From IMG/VR virus record IMGVR_UViG_3300046523_000117: 64,000 nt of DNA; one strand, written 5' to 3'. The notes under the pieces are model-generated. The model was given only the letters and a program-made list of their open reading frames with translations, searched no databases and was not told the DNA's origin. The DNA comes from a virus (taxonomy: Duplodnaviria > Heunggongvirae > Uroviricota > Caudoviricetes). Both the position numbers and the translations under genes were made by a program. Each line of letters begins with the position of its first letter. Position 1 is the stretch's first letter. Shown one piece after another: positions 33,990 through 41,741 of this stretch.

Positions 33990-34301
33990 TTAGTGGAAAT
34001 ATATGCTCATATTAGGATGGGTTTCATCCACGAACTGAATGTAGCCGGGTGGGAGGATTACACCACGGGATGGCGTTTGGATACAGGACTTGCGTTCACC
34101 AACCACATAATACGGGCCAATGAATGCATAAGGCGGCTGTGAATCGCGCAATCGACCTAATTTGTGGGTACTGATATTTCCCTTCTTTTCATCGATCTTT
34201 CGAACCACATGAATTTGGGTGACCGCCGACCGACCACTGAGGGATGAATAAACAACGATGTCACCAACTTTATACGGTTGGTCGATTTTATCAATTATAG
34301 G
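33990..34301 (-). CDS. hypothetical protein, paralog of the next gene (~103 aa)
   Basis: ORF trimmed to MPIIDKID; shares M..PI.D......VG...Y and V(I/V)LP(D/P)GY with 34291..34566. Confidence 0.45.
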   Translation of the reverse strand, partial: PIIDKIDQPYKVGDIVVYSSLSGRSAVTQIHVVRKIDEKKGNISTHKLGRLRDSQPPYAFIGPYYVVGERKSCIQTPSRGVILPPGYIQFVDETHPNMSIYFH

Positions 34302-34566
34302 CATAAAGTTCTTCGCGGGTGTTGAAGTAGCCATCAGGTAGGACAACAGCGGATGCTGGGAATTTGAGGCAAACTGTCTTGTCACCCCCACGGTAGAATG
34401 GTTCGCCTATCTCTTTCTGATAATATTCAATCGCAGAAATGGTATCGCTATTTCGATTAAGCTTGGCAACCTTGTAAACACCCATACCACCAGACGATGT
34501 GGCATACGCGATGAAATGACCGACCATAATTTCACGGTCGGCGTAATCTAGAATTGGTTCCATCAA
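34291..34566 (-). CDS. hypothetical protein, paralog of the previous gene (91 aa)
   Basis: MMEPILDYADREIMVGHFIAY ... VVLPDGY. Confidence 0.45.
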   Translation of the reverse strand: MMEPILDYADREIMVGHFIAYATSSGGMGVYKVAKLNRNSDTISAIEYYQKEIGEPFYRGGDKTVCLKFPASAVVLPDGYFNTREELYAYN

Positions 34567-34577
34567 ATTATTCCGAG

Positions 34578-34612
34578 CAATAAAAAAGGCGGCTAACGCC
34601 GCCCTTTTAGGG
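34578..34612. terminator. rho-independent terminator
   Basis: ATAAAAAAGGCGGCtaacGCCGCCCTTTTAG. Confidence 0.7.
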
Positions 34613-34620
34613 GGTTGTGA

Positions 34621-34956
34621 TTATTCTTGGGTTTGTGCGACCGGTGCCGGTGTCTGGATCACAGTCGGTGACGTGCTGATTTCGACCATTCGATCACATG
34701 CCAACGACCGGGCGACTTCTTCACAGTCGTATCGGTTTTGTTTGGTCTTCGGACCATTCAGATAGCATTGGTTGAACTGTTGGATCACCAATTGCTTCTG
34801 AATCAGGGATGAACAGTTATAGAACACCCGTGTAGAGTCTGTGCGATTTTCACTGTGATTGACTTCTTCTTTCGAAGCACAACCACCCAGAGTGACAAGG
34901 GCCAGAGCCAGTACAATCAATTTACCTTTCATGCGGAATTTCCTTTTGTTATCCAA
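34621..34956 (-). CDS. lipoprotein (111 aa)
   Basis: MKGKLIVLALALVTLGGCAS signal peptide plus lipobox. Confidence 0.6.
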   Translation of the reverse strand: MDNKRKFRMKGKLIVLALALVTLGGCASKEEVNHSENRTDSTRVFYNCSSLIQKQLVIQQFNQCYLNGPKTKQNRYDCEEVARSLACDRMVEISTSPTVIQTPAPVAQTQE

Positions 34957-35560
34957 TCGGATCAGTGAGAACTAGTTGACCGGTGGGGCGAATCATCCAG
35001 TTTGACCCGTGACAATCCACTTTCGCATCCGGTAACCCAGCCATCCAAATCACGATATCTGCTAGGTTGTTTGTATTGTAGTTACGGTTCCCGCGCATGT
35101 CAAACTGATTCCGCAAAAAATCTGCAATTTTCTTTCGTTTACCATTCAGGGTTTTAAACTGATTGATAAACCATTGATTTCTACAGAGTTTTACGACATT
35201 CGACATTCCGACACTATGAACGATTTCGCTTTCATAGAGCCGTTCCATACAGGCTATTGCTCGACCATCATCCACAAACATATTATAAATTTTTGGCATC
35301 AATGGATTTGAGTCCATATGCCGGGTGACATGCTCTGCGTACTGAATCCAAGGGTCAGACCCTTTCCACGACAGTTTGAACACCCGCTCAGAATCGATTT
35401 GCCCAATCACCGACGAGTAAAACCCGGTTCCGTGATATTTCCATCCAACCGGCATCAAGCGTTGAAGCTCTAGGGTTTCGTGGAAGACGCGGGGAGCGTG
35501 TTGCATTGCTCCCTGCAAATCACCAGCAATCAGACAATCAATTAGTTTTGCGACATCCAT
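34949..35560 (-). CDS. atypical protein-kinase-like fold protein (203 aa)
   Basis: HGTGFYSSV Gly-loop-like, VFKLS Lys, DCHGSNWMI (DxHxxN catalytic-loop-like), LVLTDPIG (DFG-position); paralog of 35542..36375. Confidence 0.45.
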   Translation of the reverse strand: MDVAKLIDCLIAGDLQGAMQHAPRVFHETLELQRLMPVGWKYHGTGFYSSVIGQIDSERVFKLSWKGSDPWIQYAEHVTRHMDSNPLMPKIYNMFVDDGRAIACMERLYESEIVHSVGMSNVVKLCRNQWFINQFKTLNGKRKKIADFLRNQFDMRGNRNYNTNNLADIVIWMAGLPDAKVDCHGSNWMIRPTGQLVLTDPIG

Positions 35561-36375
35561 GAAAACTTAGTGCCTTGCTCCAGTTGCGTGTAGCCATTCA
35601 AAATGTCACAGATTGGGTCAGTCAGGACCGGGAAGCCATCGCGATGCATGACGTTGCTTGAGCTGATATCGTCACAGCCACGTACAGAATTTCGGTGGTC
35701 TTCGTAAACCCTAGCAGCAACAATTGCATCAATCGGACTGTGCTTAATGAACTGCCCGAACGTAAATTCGGCATTTTCCATGTAGCGGTCCACGTCGAAG
35801 TCTTCGAAAAAGGATTCGTCGGCCAGATCACCGAGCGAACCATCCTCAAAGGACAGGCCGACGCCAAGATGCAGATGCTCTACCACAGCGATGTACAGAT
35901 GTCCACGTTGTTCAATCGATTTGATGTTAGGGATATACGGGTTCCCTTGGTGCTGCGTGCAAGTCTTCATCCAACCAAACCCACCATCTACAGGCGAATA
36001 AAAGTTGTCCCGGCAGTTGACTTTCAACACCCACTCAGGGCCGAGGCTAAACACCTCTGCGAAAGATCCATTGCCGATGAAAATAAAGCACTTAGCAAGC
36101 ACTTCGGAGATAAATTCGAGGTCATACCCACTATCAGGTACGCCATCTACCGGAGTAAACTCACTGCCGAGTTTATCCTTGGTCGCATACTTGCCGAAGA
36201 TTTGAATCAAATTCTTCGGCAAGTTACGGATATCATCTTGTACGGCCTTGACATCAGCAACTGCTTGATGTACTAGATCGTCGTAGGACGGACCAATTTT
36301 AACTACACCACCTGCAAAGGAAATGCAAAAACTATCTGCACACCCCATATCTGCAACCGCTGCAACTGCGCCCAT
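35542..36375 (-). CDS. atypical protein-kinase-like fold protein (277 aa)
   Basis: IGNGSFAEVF glycine loop, WVLKV lysine, VMHRDGFPVLTDPI catalytic/DFG-like segment. Confidence 0.5.
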   Translation of the reverse strand: MGAVAAVADMGCADSFCISFAGGVVKIGPSYDDLVHQAVADVKAVQDDIRNLPKNLIQIFGKYATKDKLGSEFTPVDGVPDSGYDLEFISEVLAKCFIFIGNGSFAEVFSLGPEWVLKVNCRDNFYSPVDGGFGWMKTCTQHQGNPYIPNIKSIEQRGHLYIAVVEHLHLGVGLSFEDGSLGDLADESFFEDFDVDRYMENAEFTFGQFIKHSPIDAIVAARVYEDHRNSVRGCDDISSSNVMHRDGFPVLTDPICDILNGYTQLEQGTKFSWMSQN

Positions 36376-36402
36376 TCCGTTTTAGCCCCAATGCCCTAGG
36401 TT

Positions 36403-36603
36403 TTATGTTGGTTGTTTTTTGTGCAGCTTGTAATCTGCTGGGCAGTGTTTGTTCCAGATCGAAGCGTCCAGATCCAAAATTCCCTGTTGACGACAAAGTG
36501 TCTCGAACGATGTTCTCCCCGCGTGGTACACCTTGCTGTCATCGCTATATTGATAGAACCAATCGTGCTTTGCAAGCAGTTTTTCGTAATCAGACAGTAA
36601 CAT
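36403..36603 (-). CDS. hypothetical protein (66 aa)
   Basis: minus-strand ORF. Confidence 0.45.
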   Translation of the reverse strand: MLLSDYEKLLAKHDWFYQYSDDSKVYHAGRTSFETLCRQQGILDLDASIWNKHCPADYKLHKKQPT

Positions 36604-37072
36604 TCAGGGTAAATTCCGCTTTTTCAAGTTCGAGCCAAGCTTTGTGGTAGGTCTGGACGCGGGCGATGTCGCTAGGACGCACGCCCTTGAGCCGGGTGAT
36701 GCACGAATTGTGCTGTAGGTCACCTTTTTTGATCCGAATAATATCTACCCGACCTGCGGTAATCAGTCGCTGAATGAAATCCTCATAGGGTTCATCCTTA
36801 CGACGGGTCAACAGATCCAGACCAGATTCGAATTCTTCCAGAACGTCATATGCTCTGGCTTGGACCAACAAATGTTGAACCATTTCTGGGTGGTCTTCCT
36901 TGACATCATGACAAACCGCCAGTGCAAGGCTTACCGGGTTGGTAACGCCAAGTTTCCGTGCATTTTCCATGACGGTAATACAGTGCAAAATGTATGCCTT
37001 ACCGCCCTTGTCTACATCAAATTGATGTGCCATCGCAGCTACTGCAAAAACACCACCCAGAAGAGTTCCCAT
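36590..37072 (-). CDS. HD-domain hydrolase, RelA/SpoT-type (small alarmone hydrolase-like)
   Basis: YILHCITVMENARKLG...SLALAVCHDVKEDH matches the Rel/SpoT HD signature (HP...AALLHDVxED); 160 aa single domain. Confidence 0.6.
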   Translation of the reverse strand: MGTLLGGVFAVAAMAHQFDVDKGGKAYILHCITVMENARKLGVTNPVSLALAVCHDVKEDHPEMVQHLLVQARAYDVLEEFESGLDLLTRRKDEPYEDFIQRLITAGRVDIIRIKKGDLQHNSCITRLKGVRPSDIARVQTYHKAWLELEKAEFTLNVTV

Positions 37073-37434
37073 TACTTGACTTCCTGTGCCTTGGATACGT
37101 TAGGGAACCAGCTAAAGAACTGGACGCGCACGCCATTGGTCTTGAATGTGTACTTGGTGTCTTTCTTGATTTCACCGTACATGTCAGCGGAATTGAATTT
37201 CCAATTCAGCCACGAATCACGGTTTTCCAGAACACCTTTGTCGGTATAGATCAGGTACTTGCAATTACCCTGAGACGAACAACGCTCGCCCTTGTCGGTT
37301 ACGGTCGCGGTTACTTCGTCGCTGGTCGCCAGATACAGAACAGCTTTGGCACCACCGAACAACAGAAAGATCGCCAGAACTGTACCGTAGAGCAACAGTT
37401 CAACCGCCGAATTACCTTTTTGACTTTTCATCAA
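37072..37434 (-). CDS. membrane-anchored / periplasmic hypothetical protein (120 aa)
   Basis: N-terminal TM AVELLLYGTVLAIFLLFGGA. Confidence 0.5.
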   Translation of the reverse strand: MMKSQKGNSAVELLLYGTVLAIFLLFGGAKAVLYLATSDEVTATVTDKGERCSSQGNCKYLIYTDKGVLENRDSWLNWKFNSADMYGEIKKDTKYTFKTNGVRVQFFSWFPNVSKAQEVK

Positions 37435-37439
37435 ATCCC

Positions 37440-37739
37440 TTACTTCGTGTAGTGGCTGGCAATCGCCAACAGATTATTAAGCTCTTTGGACAGTTCAACC
37501 TTGTCCAGCTTTGGTTCGTTTTCAACCGTACTGATCAGAGCCATGATGTTTTTGCGTTCTTCGAACGAAATCGGCAGGTTATCGGCAACCCAGCTAAGGA
37601 TTGTAATAGCCGAAACAGTTGCGGTTTCATAGAAGGTCTTGCGGGCCATCAGATCCCGAACATCACCGATATTCAGTTTGATCTTTTGGGAATCGGCGGT
37701 AGCCGAGTATTGAACCAGTGTGTCGTTAAGTTTGCTCAT
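37440..37739 (-). CDS. hypothetical protein (99 aa)
   Basis: minus-strand ORF. Confidence 0.5.
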   Translation of the reverse strand: MSKLNDTLVQYSATADSQKIKLNIGDVRDLMARKTFYETATVSAITILSWVADNLPISFEERKNIMALISTVENEPKLDKVELSKELNNLLAIASHYTK

Positions 37740-37791
37740 GAGCCTATTCTATATCAGTTTTGAGTTGTTTTAAACAGAATCGAAAAATATT

Positions 37792-38094
37792 TTATCGATA
37801 GCTGGATTCGTAGGTGCCGGTAATGCCGATTTCGATTGTGAAATCATCACCCATATTGAATTCGTTGAATTCCCATCCACTTAGATACAGCAAATCCCGA
37901 CCGTTGGCTTCGAAGAAATCCCAACATGCGGGAGAAACCTTTACATCAAATTCCAGCTTTAGGGATTTGCGATTCAACCCAGTAACCGGGGCATTCACCA
38001 TCGCCTTTGCAATGGCTTCCCGAGCTTCGTTAAGGTGAATCTGTACACGCTGCGAAAAGATCGTAACCGGCGTTGGTACTGAAACCTGATTCAT
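37792..38094 (-). CDS. hypothetical protein (100 aa)
   Basis: minus-strand ORF. Confidence 0.45.
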   Translation of the reverse strand: MNQVSVPTPVTIFSQRVQIHLNEAREAIAKAMVNAPVTGLNRKSLKLEFDVKVSPACWDFFEANGRDLLYLSGWEFNEFNMGDDFTIEIGITGTYESSYR

Positions 38095-38629
38095 TCTGCA
38101 TCAATTCCTGTGCGTAGATTTTATAAAGGGCTTCCCGATCTTGGGGCTCCCAGAGATTGAACGTGGTGATTCTCAAGCCCTTGGCCAGATTGAACGCTGT
38201 AGCCGTACCACCCTTGACCGTTCGGCCTCTTGGTGGGGCACACGCGACAACCAAATCAGCCTTTGACTTTAGGTCGTCACCCAATACCTGAAACACGTTG
38301 CGGGTATGGGCGTTCTGTGCGAATTCATCAATTTCATCAAATCTTGGATGTATTCTTCTGGCGATGTCCTGAGCTTCAAACCACAAGTCCCCAAATTCGC
38401 TGGGGACTTTGAAACAATCAGCATTGGATCGACCATTGAAATTTGGTTCAGGTAGATAAATCGTTTTCCGATCCGATTCTACAAACCCCAATTCCCAAGC
38501 GCTATCCGCGCCTCTAGCACCACCAGACCGCAGATGCCAGCCTTTATTAGCGAGGACTGTAGCGAGGTTCTGACAAATCTTAAATTGGATTGCATCAATT
38601 TCCCTCGAACCGATTCCAGTAACGATCAA
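38030..38629 (-). CDS. DprA/Smf-like (SLOG superfamily) Rossmann-fold protein (199 aa)
   Basis: IVTGIGSREID ... LRSGGARGADSAWELG ... VVACAPPRGRTVKGGT parallels DprA GxGxxG / SGGARGID motifs; standalone domain. Confidence 0.5.
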   Translation of the reverse strand: MIVTGIGSREIDAIQFKICQNLATVLANKGWHLRSGGARGADSAWELGFVESDRKTIYLPEPNFNGRSNADCFKVPSEFGDLWFEAQDIARRIHPRFDEIDEFAQNAHTRNVFQVLGDDLKSKADLVVACAPPRGRTVKGGTATAFNLAKGLRITTFNLWEPQDREALYKIYAQELMQNESGFSTNAGYDLFAACTDSP

Positions 38630-38898
38630 AGCTGTTCCATCAAAAGACGAATCAGTTCATCACCGTCTACGTTGGTGCCTTTCATGTCAGTCAAGAAGCC
38701 TTTCAGGGCTACCGGGTTGACAGGTTGAACCAGAACATAATCGGTTTGGTCATCGAACTTGGTGTAATGCGACTTCATGTTTTCAGTGAAGCGGCGTTTG
38801 ACAATCGATGTGCTGTGTCCAACTTGACCGTATTGATAACCGTCTTGGGCACGAACAGAAGCATAACCTTTTAGAAACAAATTTTCTATCTTTTTCAT
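38626..38898 (-). CDS. hypothetical protein (90 aa)
   Basis: minus-strand ORF. Confidence 0.45.
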   Translation of the reverse strand: MKKIENLFLKGYASVRAQDGYQYGQVGHSTSIVKRRFTENMKSHYTKFDDQTDYVLVQPVNPVALKGFLTDMKGTNVDGDELIRLLMEQL

Positions 38899-38926
38899 AT
38901 TAAAAACCCGGCTTTCGCCGGGTTCC
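38898..38926. terminator. rho-independent terminator
   Basis: TTAAAAACCCGGCtttcGCCGGGTTCCTTATT. Confidence 0.55.
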
Positions 38927-38941
38927 TTATTCAGTTTTGAA

Positions 38942-40291
38942 TTATTGAGCTACTTTCATATCCAGCAGAAGGTCTTTTGCCGCTTTGGCACCTACCACGT
39001 TCATGAAATTGGCGGTTTCGGTTTGACGACCGTTATCACCAGCACCACCCATAACCAGTTGTGGAACCTTGGCTTTGGAGTATGCATCAGCCCAAACTTT
39101 TTCGATTTCGACACGGGCTTGCAGTTTCTGAGTCAAAGCACCGTCAGCGAGGATCACGGCTTTCTTGGCGTAGGCTTCCGCTTCGGCCTTTTCTTTCGTG
39201 GTCTTTGCATCAATTTGAGCTTGTTCAAACTTGATTTGAGAAGTTGCTTTCTCAATCGAAGCCTTTTCTTGCTCACGGGAAGCGTTGGTCAGAGCCAGTT
39301 GTTTTTCAGTTTCGGCGTTGGTGGTACGAATTACCTGATCTTTCATGGTCAGTTGACGTTGTGTTTCAACTTCCATTTCACCGTTTGCAGTAGCAAGTTT
39401 CTTTTGTTCGTCGGCAGTGATACGGCCTTGGCGAGCATAAGACAAATCAGCTTGCGATTGTTGAACTTTCTTCATGCGCTCTTTGAACTGAGGCGATGGA
39501 TCGATGTTCAAAATGTTCGCATCGGCAACAGTTACACCCAGTTTCGAGAACTGACGCTCCAGACGAATCGGCAGACCAGATTTTGCATCCAATACCTTTT
39601 CGGTAATTACAACGGTAGTTGTATCGGCACCGAATGAACCTTGTTCTTTACCATTCTGGGCAACAGCGCCTTGAGTGGCATCACGGGTATTCTTGACTTG
39701 CTTTTCAATTCGCTTGACGACATACGCACCGTCTGCAATTTGATCTTGGAAGCTCTGGCGGAATTCTGTTGCACCACCGTTGTAGTAATCGTCAGCCGAC
39801 ATCAACTGTGCAGTCGATTGCAGCGTGGATTTCATGACCGGCATGATCGATTGAAGAACAAAATTGTCGGGGCTGCGATAAGTACGAGCCAGTTGCAGGA
39901 ACTGTTCACCGTCCGGCAGTGCAACACGAACGTTCGCATCAACAGTAGCAACTACACCACCGAGGAAGGTCACCGGGAATGCTGGAATCAGAGAAGAACC
40001 CAATCCATCAAAATCACCCTTGGGTAATGTTGCGGTATCCAGTACAGATTGAACCGACATCTGGCGAGGCCACGGGGTTACCGTACCAAAACCGATGTAG
40101 GTGTAACCGGTGGTGCTTACAACCTTTTCACCTTGGGTTGGGAACTTGGTCATAACCTGAGTGATGTAACCGGCGCTGTTGTAATAGAACATGCTGCTAA
40201 ACATGAGCCAAACGAACAGAATTGCCGCTACAACGACCGCAGCCGTCCAACCGAGTTTCTTGTTTACTTCAAATCCGAGAATATTGCTCAC
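38942..40291 (-). CDS. SPFH/band-7 (stomatin/flotillin-like) membrane protein with long C-terminal coiled coil (449 aa)
   Basis: N-terminal TM (WTAAVVVAAILFVWLMF), SPFH-like core, Ala/Glu/Lys/Gln-rich flotillin-like tail. Confidence 0.55.
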   Translation of the reverse strand: MSNILGFEVNKKLGWTAAVVVAAILFVWLMFSSMFYYNSAGYITQVMTKFPTQGEKVVSTTGYTYIGFGTVTPWPRQMSVQSVLDTATLPKGDFDGLGSSLIPAFPVTFLGGVVATVDANVRVALPDGEQFLQLARTYRSPDNFVLQSIMPVMKSTLQSTAQLMSADDYYNGGATEFRQSFQDQIADGAYVVKRIEKQVKNTRDATQGAVAQNGKEQGSFGADTTTVVITEKVLDAKSGLPIRLERQFSKLGVTVADANILNIDPSPQFKERMKKVQQSQADLSYARQGRITADEQKKLATANGEMEVETQRQLTMKDQVIRTTNAETEKQLALTNASREQEKASIEKATSQIKFEQAQIDAKTTKEKAEAEAYAKKAVILADGALTQKLQARVEIEKVWADAYSKAKVPQLVMGGAGDNGRQTETANFMNVVGAKAAKDLLLDMKVAQ

Positions 40292-40440
40292 TAATCTTTC
40301 CTTTGTTTTGTTTGTGGTCCTAATGACCGGGTTACATGTACATCATACTACGTTTTGAATCTGTTTCAAACACTTTCGAAACTTTATTTTTTGTCGCGTT
40401 CTGTTTCGATGTCGCCATTCTATAGATTCAAAACACATTG

Positions 40441-41247
40441 TCAATGGATTCTGTAAAAACTTTTTTCGAGAAATCCGGTGTCGTCTTGATCTGGGTAGCC
40501 ATACGGGTTGCAGATAACGTTGGTGTCGCCAATCATGTAGTCATGAACGATATGGACGTGACCGTGGCACCAGAAATTGATGTTAGGTCGATCCAGAATG
40601 AATTCGCTCAAATCGCTGTGATAGCCGAAGTTCATGTAATATTCGTTGGCAAATTTCGGGTCGAGGCTTTTAGCACTTGGTGGGTGATGGGTCACGACCA
40701 CACAAGGTTCCATCGAATTGCCGACTTCTTCTGCGATGTATTCCAGATCCTTTTTATGCTCGGCTTGCCAGTGACGCGGCTTGAACTTCCCATAATGATC
40801 GAATTTTTCATCGTGGTAGTCGATTACCCGGAAATCGTTCATCCCGGTACTCAGGGTGAATTCCACCACCGGGTTACCGCGATCCATATTGGTCCAGAGC
40901 GTAGCCCCAACGAATCTAATTCCATCAATTACCACAGAGTCACGAATCAGGAAGTGGATGTTATCCAAGCCTTCTGGGTTCATTTTCTGGAAATTGAACA
41001 GGTTGGTAATCGGTTTGATTACGCTGCCGTAGTATTCGTGGTTCCCCGGAACGTACACAACCGCTTTGAAGCGGTTTCCGTATTCGGTCAACAGGGGTGC
41101 GACGTTCTCAGCACGTTTCAGGGTGTGAAAATCCCCGGCGATTACCAGAACACGTTCTTTGTCACCGTTGATATGCGGCAACGACGGCATTGCAAATGAG
41201 GCGTACCACTCAAGGTGGCAATCGCTAATAAGTCTGAATTCCATCAA
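40441..41247 (-). CDS. calcineurin-like metallophosphoesterase (class-III phosphodiesterase-like)
   Basis: GDFH ... GNHEYYG ... H ... GHVHIVHD motif set. Confidence 0.65.
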   Translation of the reverse strand: MMEFRLISDCHLEWYASFAMPSLPHINGDKERVLVIAGDFHTLKRAENVAPLLTEYGNRFKAVVYVPGNHEYYGSVIKPITNLFNFQKMNPEGLDNIHFLIRDSVVIDGIRFVGATLWTNMDRGNPVVEFTLSTGMNDFRVIDYHDEKFDHYGKFKPRHWQAEHKKDLEYIAEEVGNSMEPCVVVTHHPPSAKSLDPKFANEYYMNFGYHSDLSEFILDRPNINFWCHGHVHIVHDYMIGDTNVICNPYGYPDQDDTGFLEKSFYRIH

Positions 41248-41498
41248 TTACTCCACTTTACCCGGATGACGCAGGTATGAATTCTGTTTTTCTTGTCCAT
41301 ATATTCGATATGGGTCAGGATCGCTTTGTTGCCGACTCGATCTGTAAAGTTTTCTTGCCACTCTTTCACGACAGAACACCCATTCTGTTTGTAGAATGGG
41401 ATGTGTGGAATGACTTTGATTACCTTTCCGGCCATCAAGCCGTCAGGTTCACTGACATTTTTCAAGGGCTTTGTCATACAGATCACCGGCACAATCAA
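41244..41498 (-). CDS. hypothetical protein (84 aa)
   Basis: minus-strand ORF with a 4-nt overlap with the phosphoesterase gene. Confidence 0.45.
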   Translation of the reverse strand: MIVPVICMTKPLKNVSEPDGLMAGKVIKVIPHIPFYKQNGCSVVKEWQENFTDRVGNKAILTHIEYMDKKNRIHTCVIRVKWSN

Positions 41499-41649
41499 TC
41501 AAATCCTGTTGATGGTGGTCGTAGTGCAGATTCGAAGAAGCGTTATCGCCGGATCGGTCAGCAAGGCAGTAATTCAAAATGAATTGAAATTTACGTTCGT
41601 TGAATTCCGAGCTAGCTTGCGGGAGGCTATCGCCAATTTCGTCGTACAT
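41449..41649 (-). CDS. acidic hypothetical protein (66 aa)
   Basis: minus-strand ORF. Confidence 0.35.
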   Translation of the reverse strand: MYDEIGDSLPQASSEFNERKFQFILNYCLADRSGDNASSNLHYDHHQQDLIDCAGDLYDKALEKCQ

Positions 41650-41702
41650 TCTTAATTCCTCATTAGAAACAGAATCATATCACAGTTTCGATTCATTCTA
41701 AA

Positions 41703-41735
41703 CAAAAAAGGAGCCTTTCGGCTCCTTTTTATTTG
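41703..41735. terminator. rho-independent terminator
   Basis: CAAAAAAGGAGCCtttcGGCTCCTTTTTATTTG. Confidence 0.75.
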
Positions 41736-41741
41736 CATCAA

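Noticed and set aside
38945-40294. Plus-strand ORFs opposite the SPFH gene (230 aa, 128 aa, 81 aa)
   Set aside because: They are antisense shadows of a long coiled-coil gene. Repetitive Ala/Glu/Lys codons give open antisense frames.
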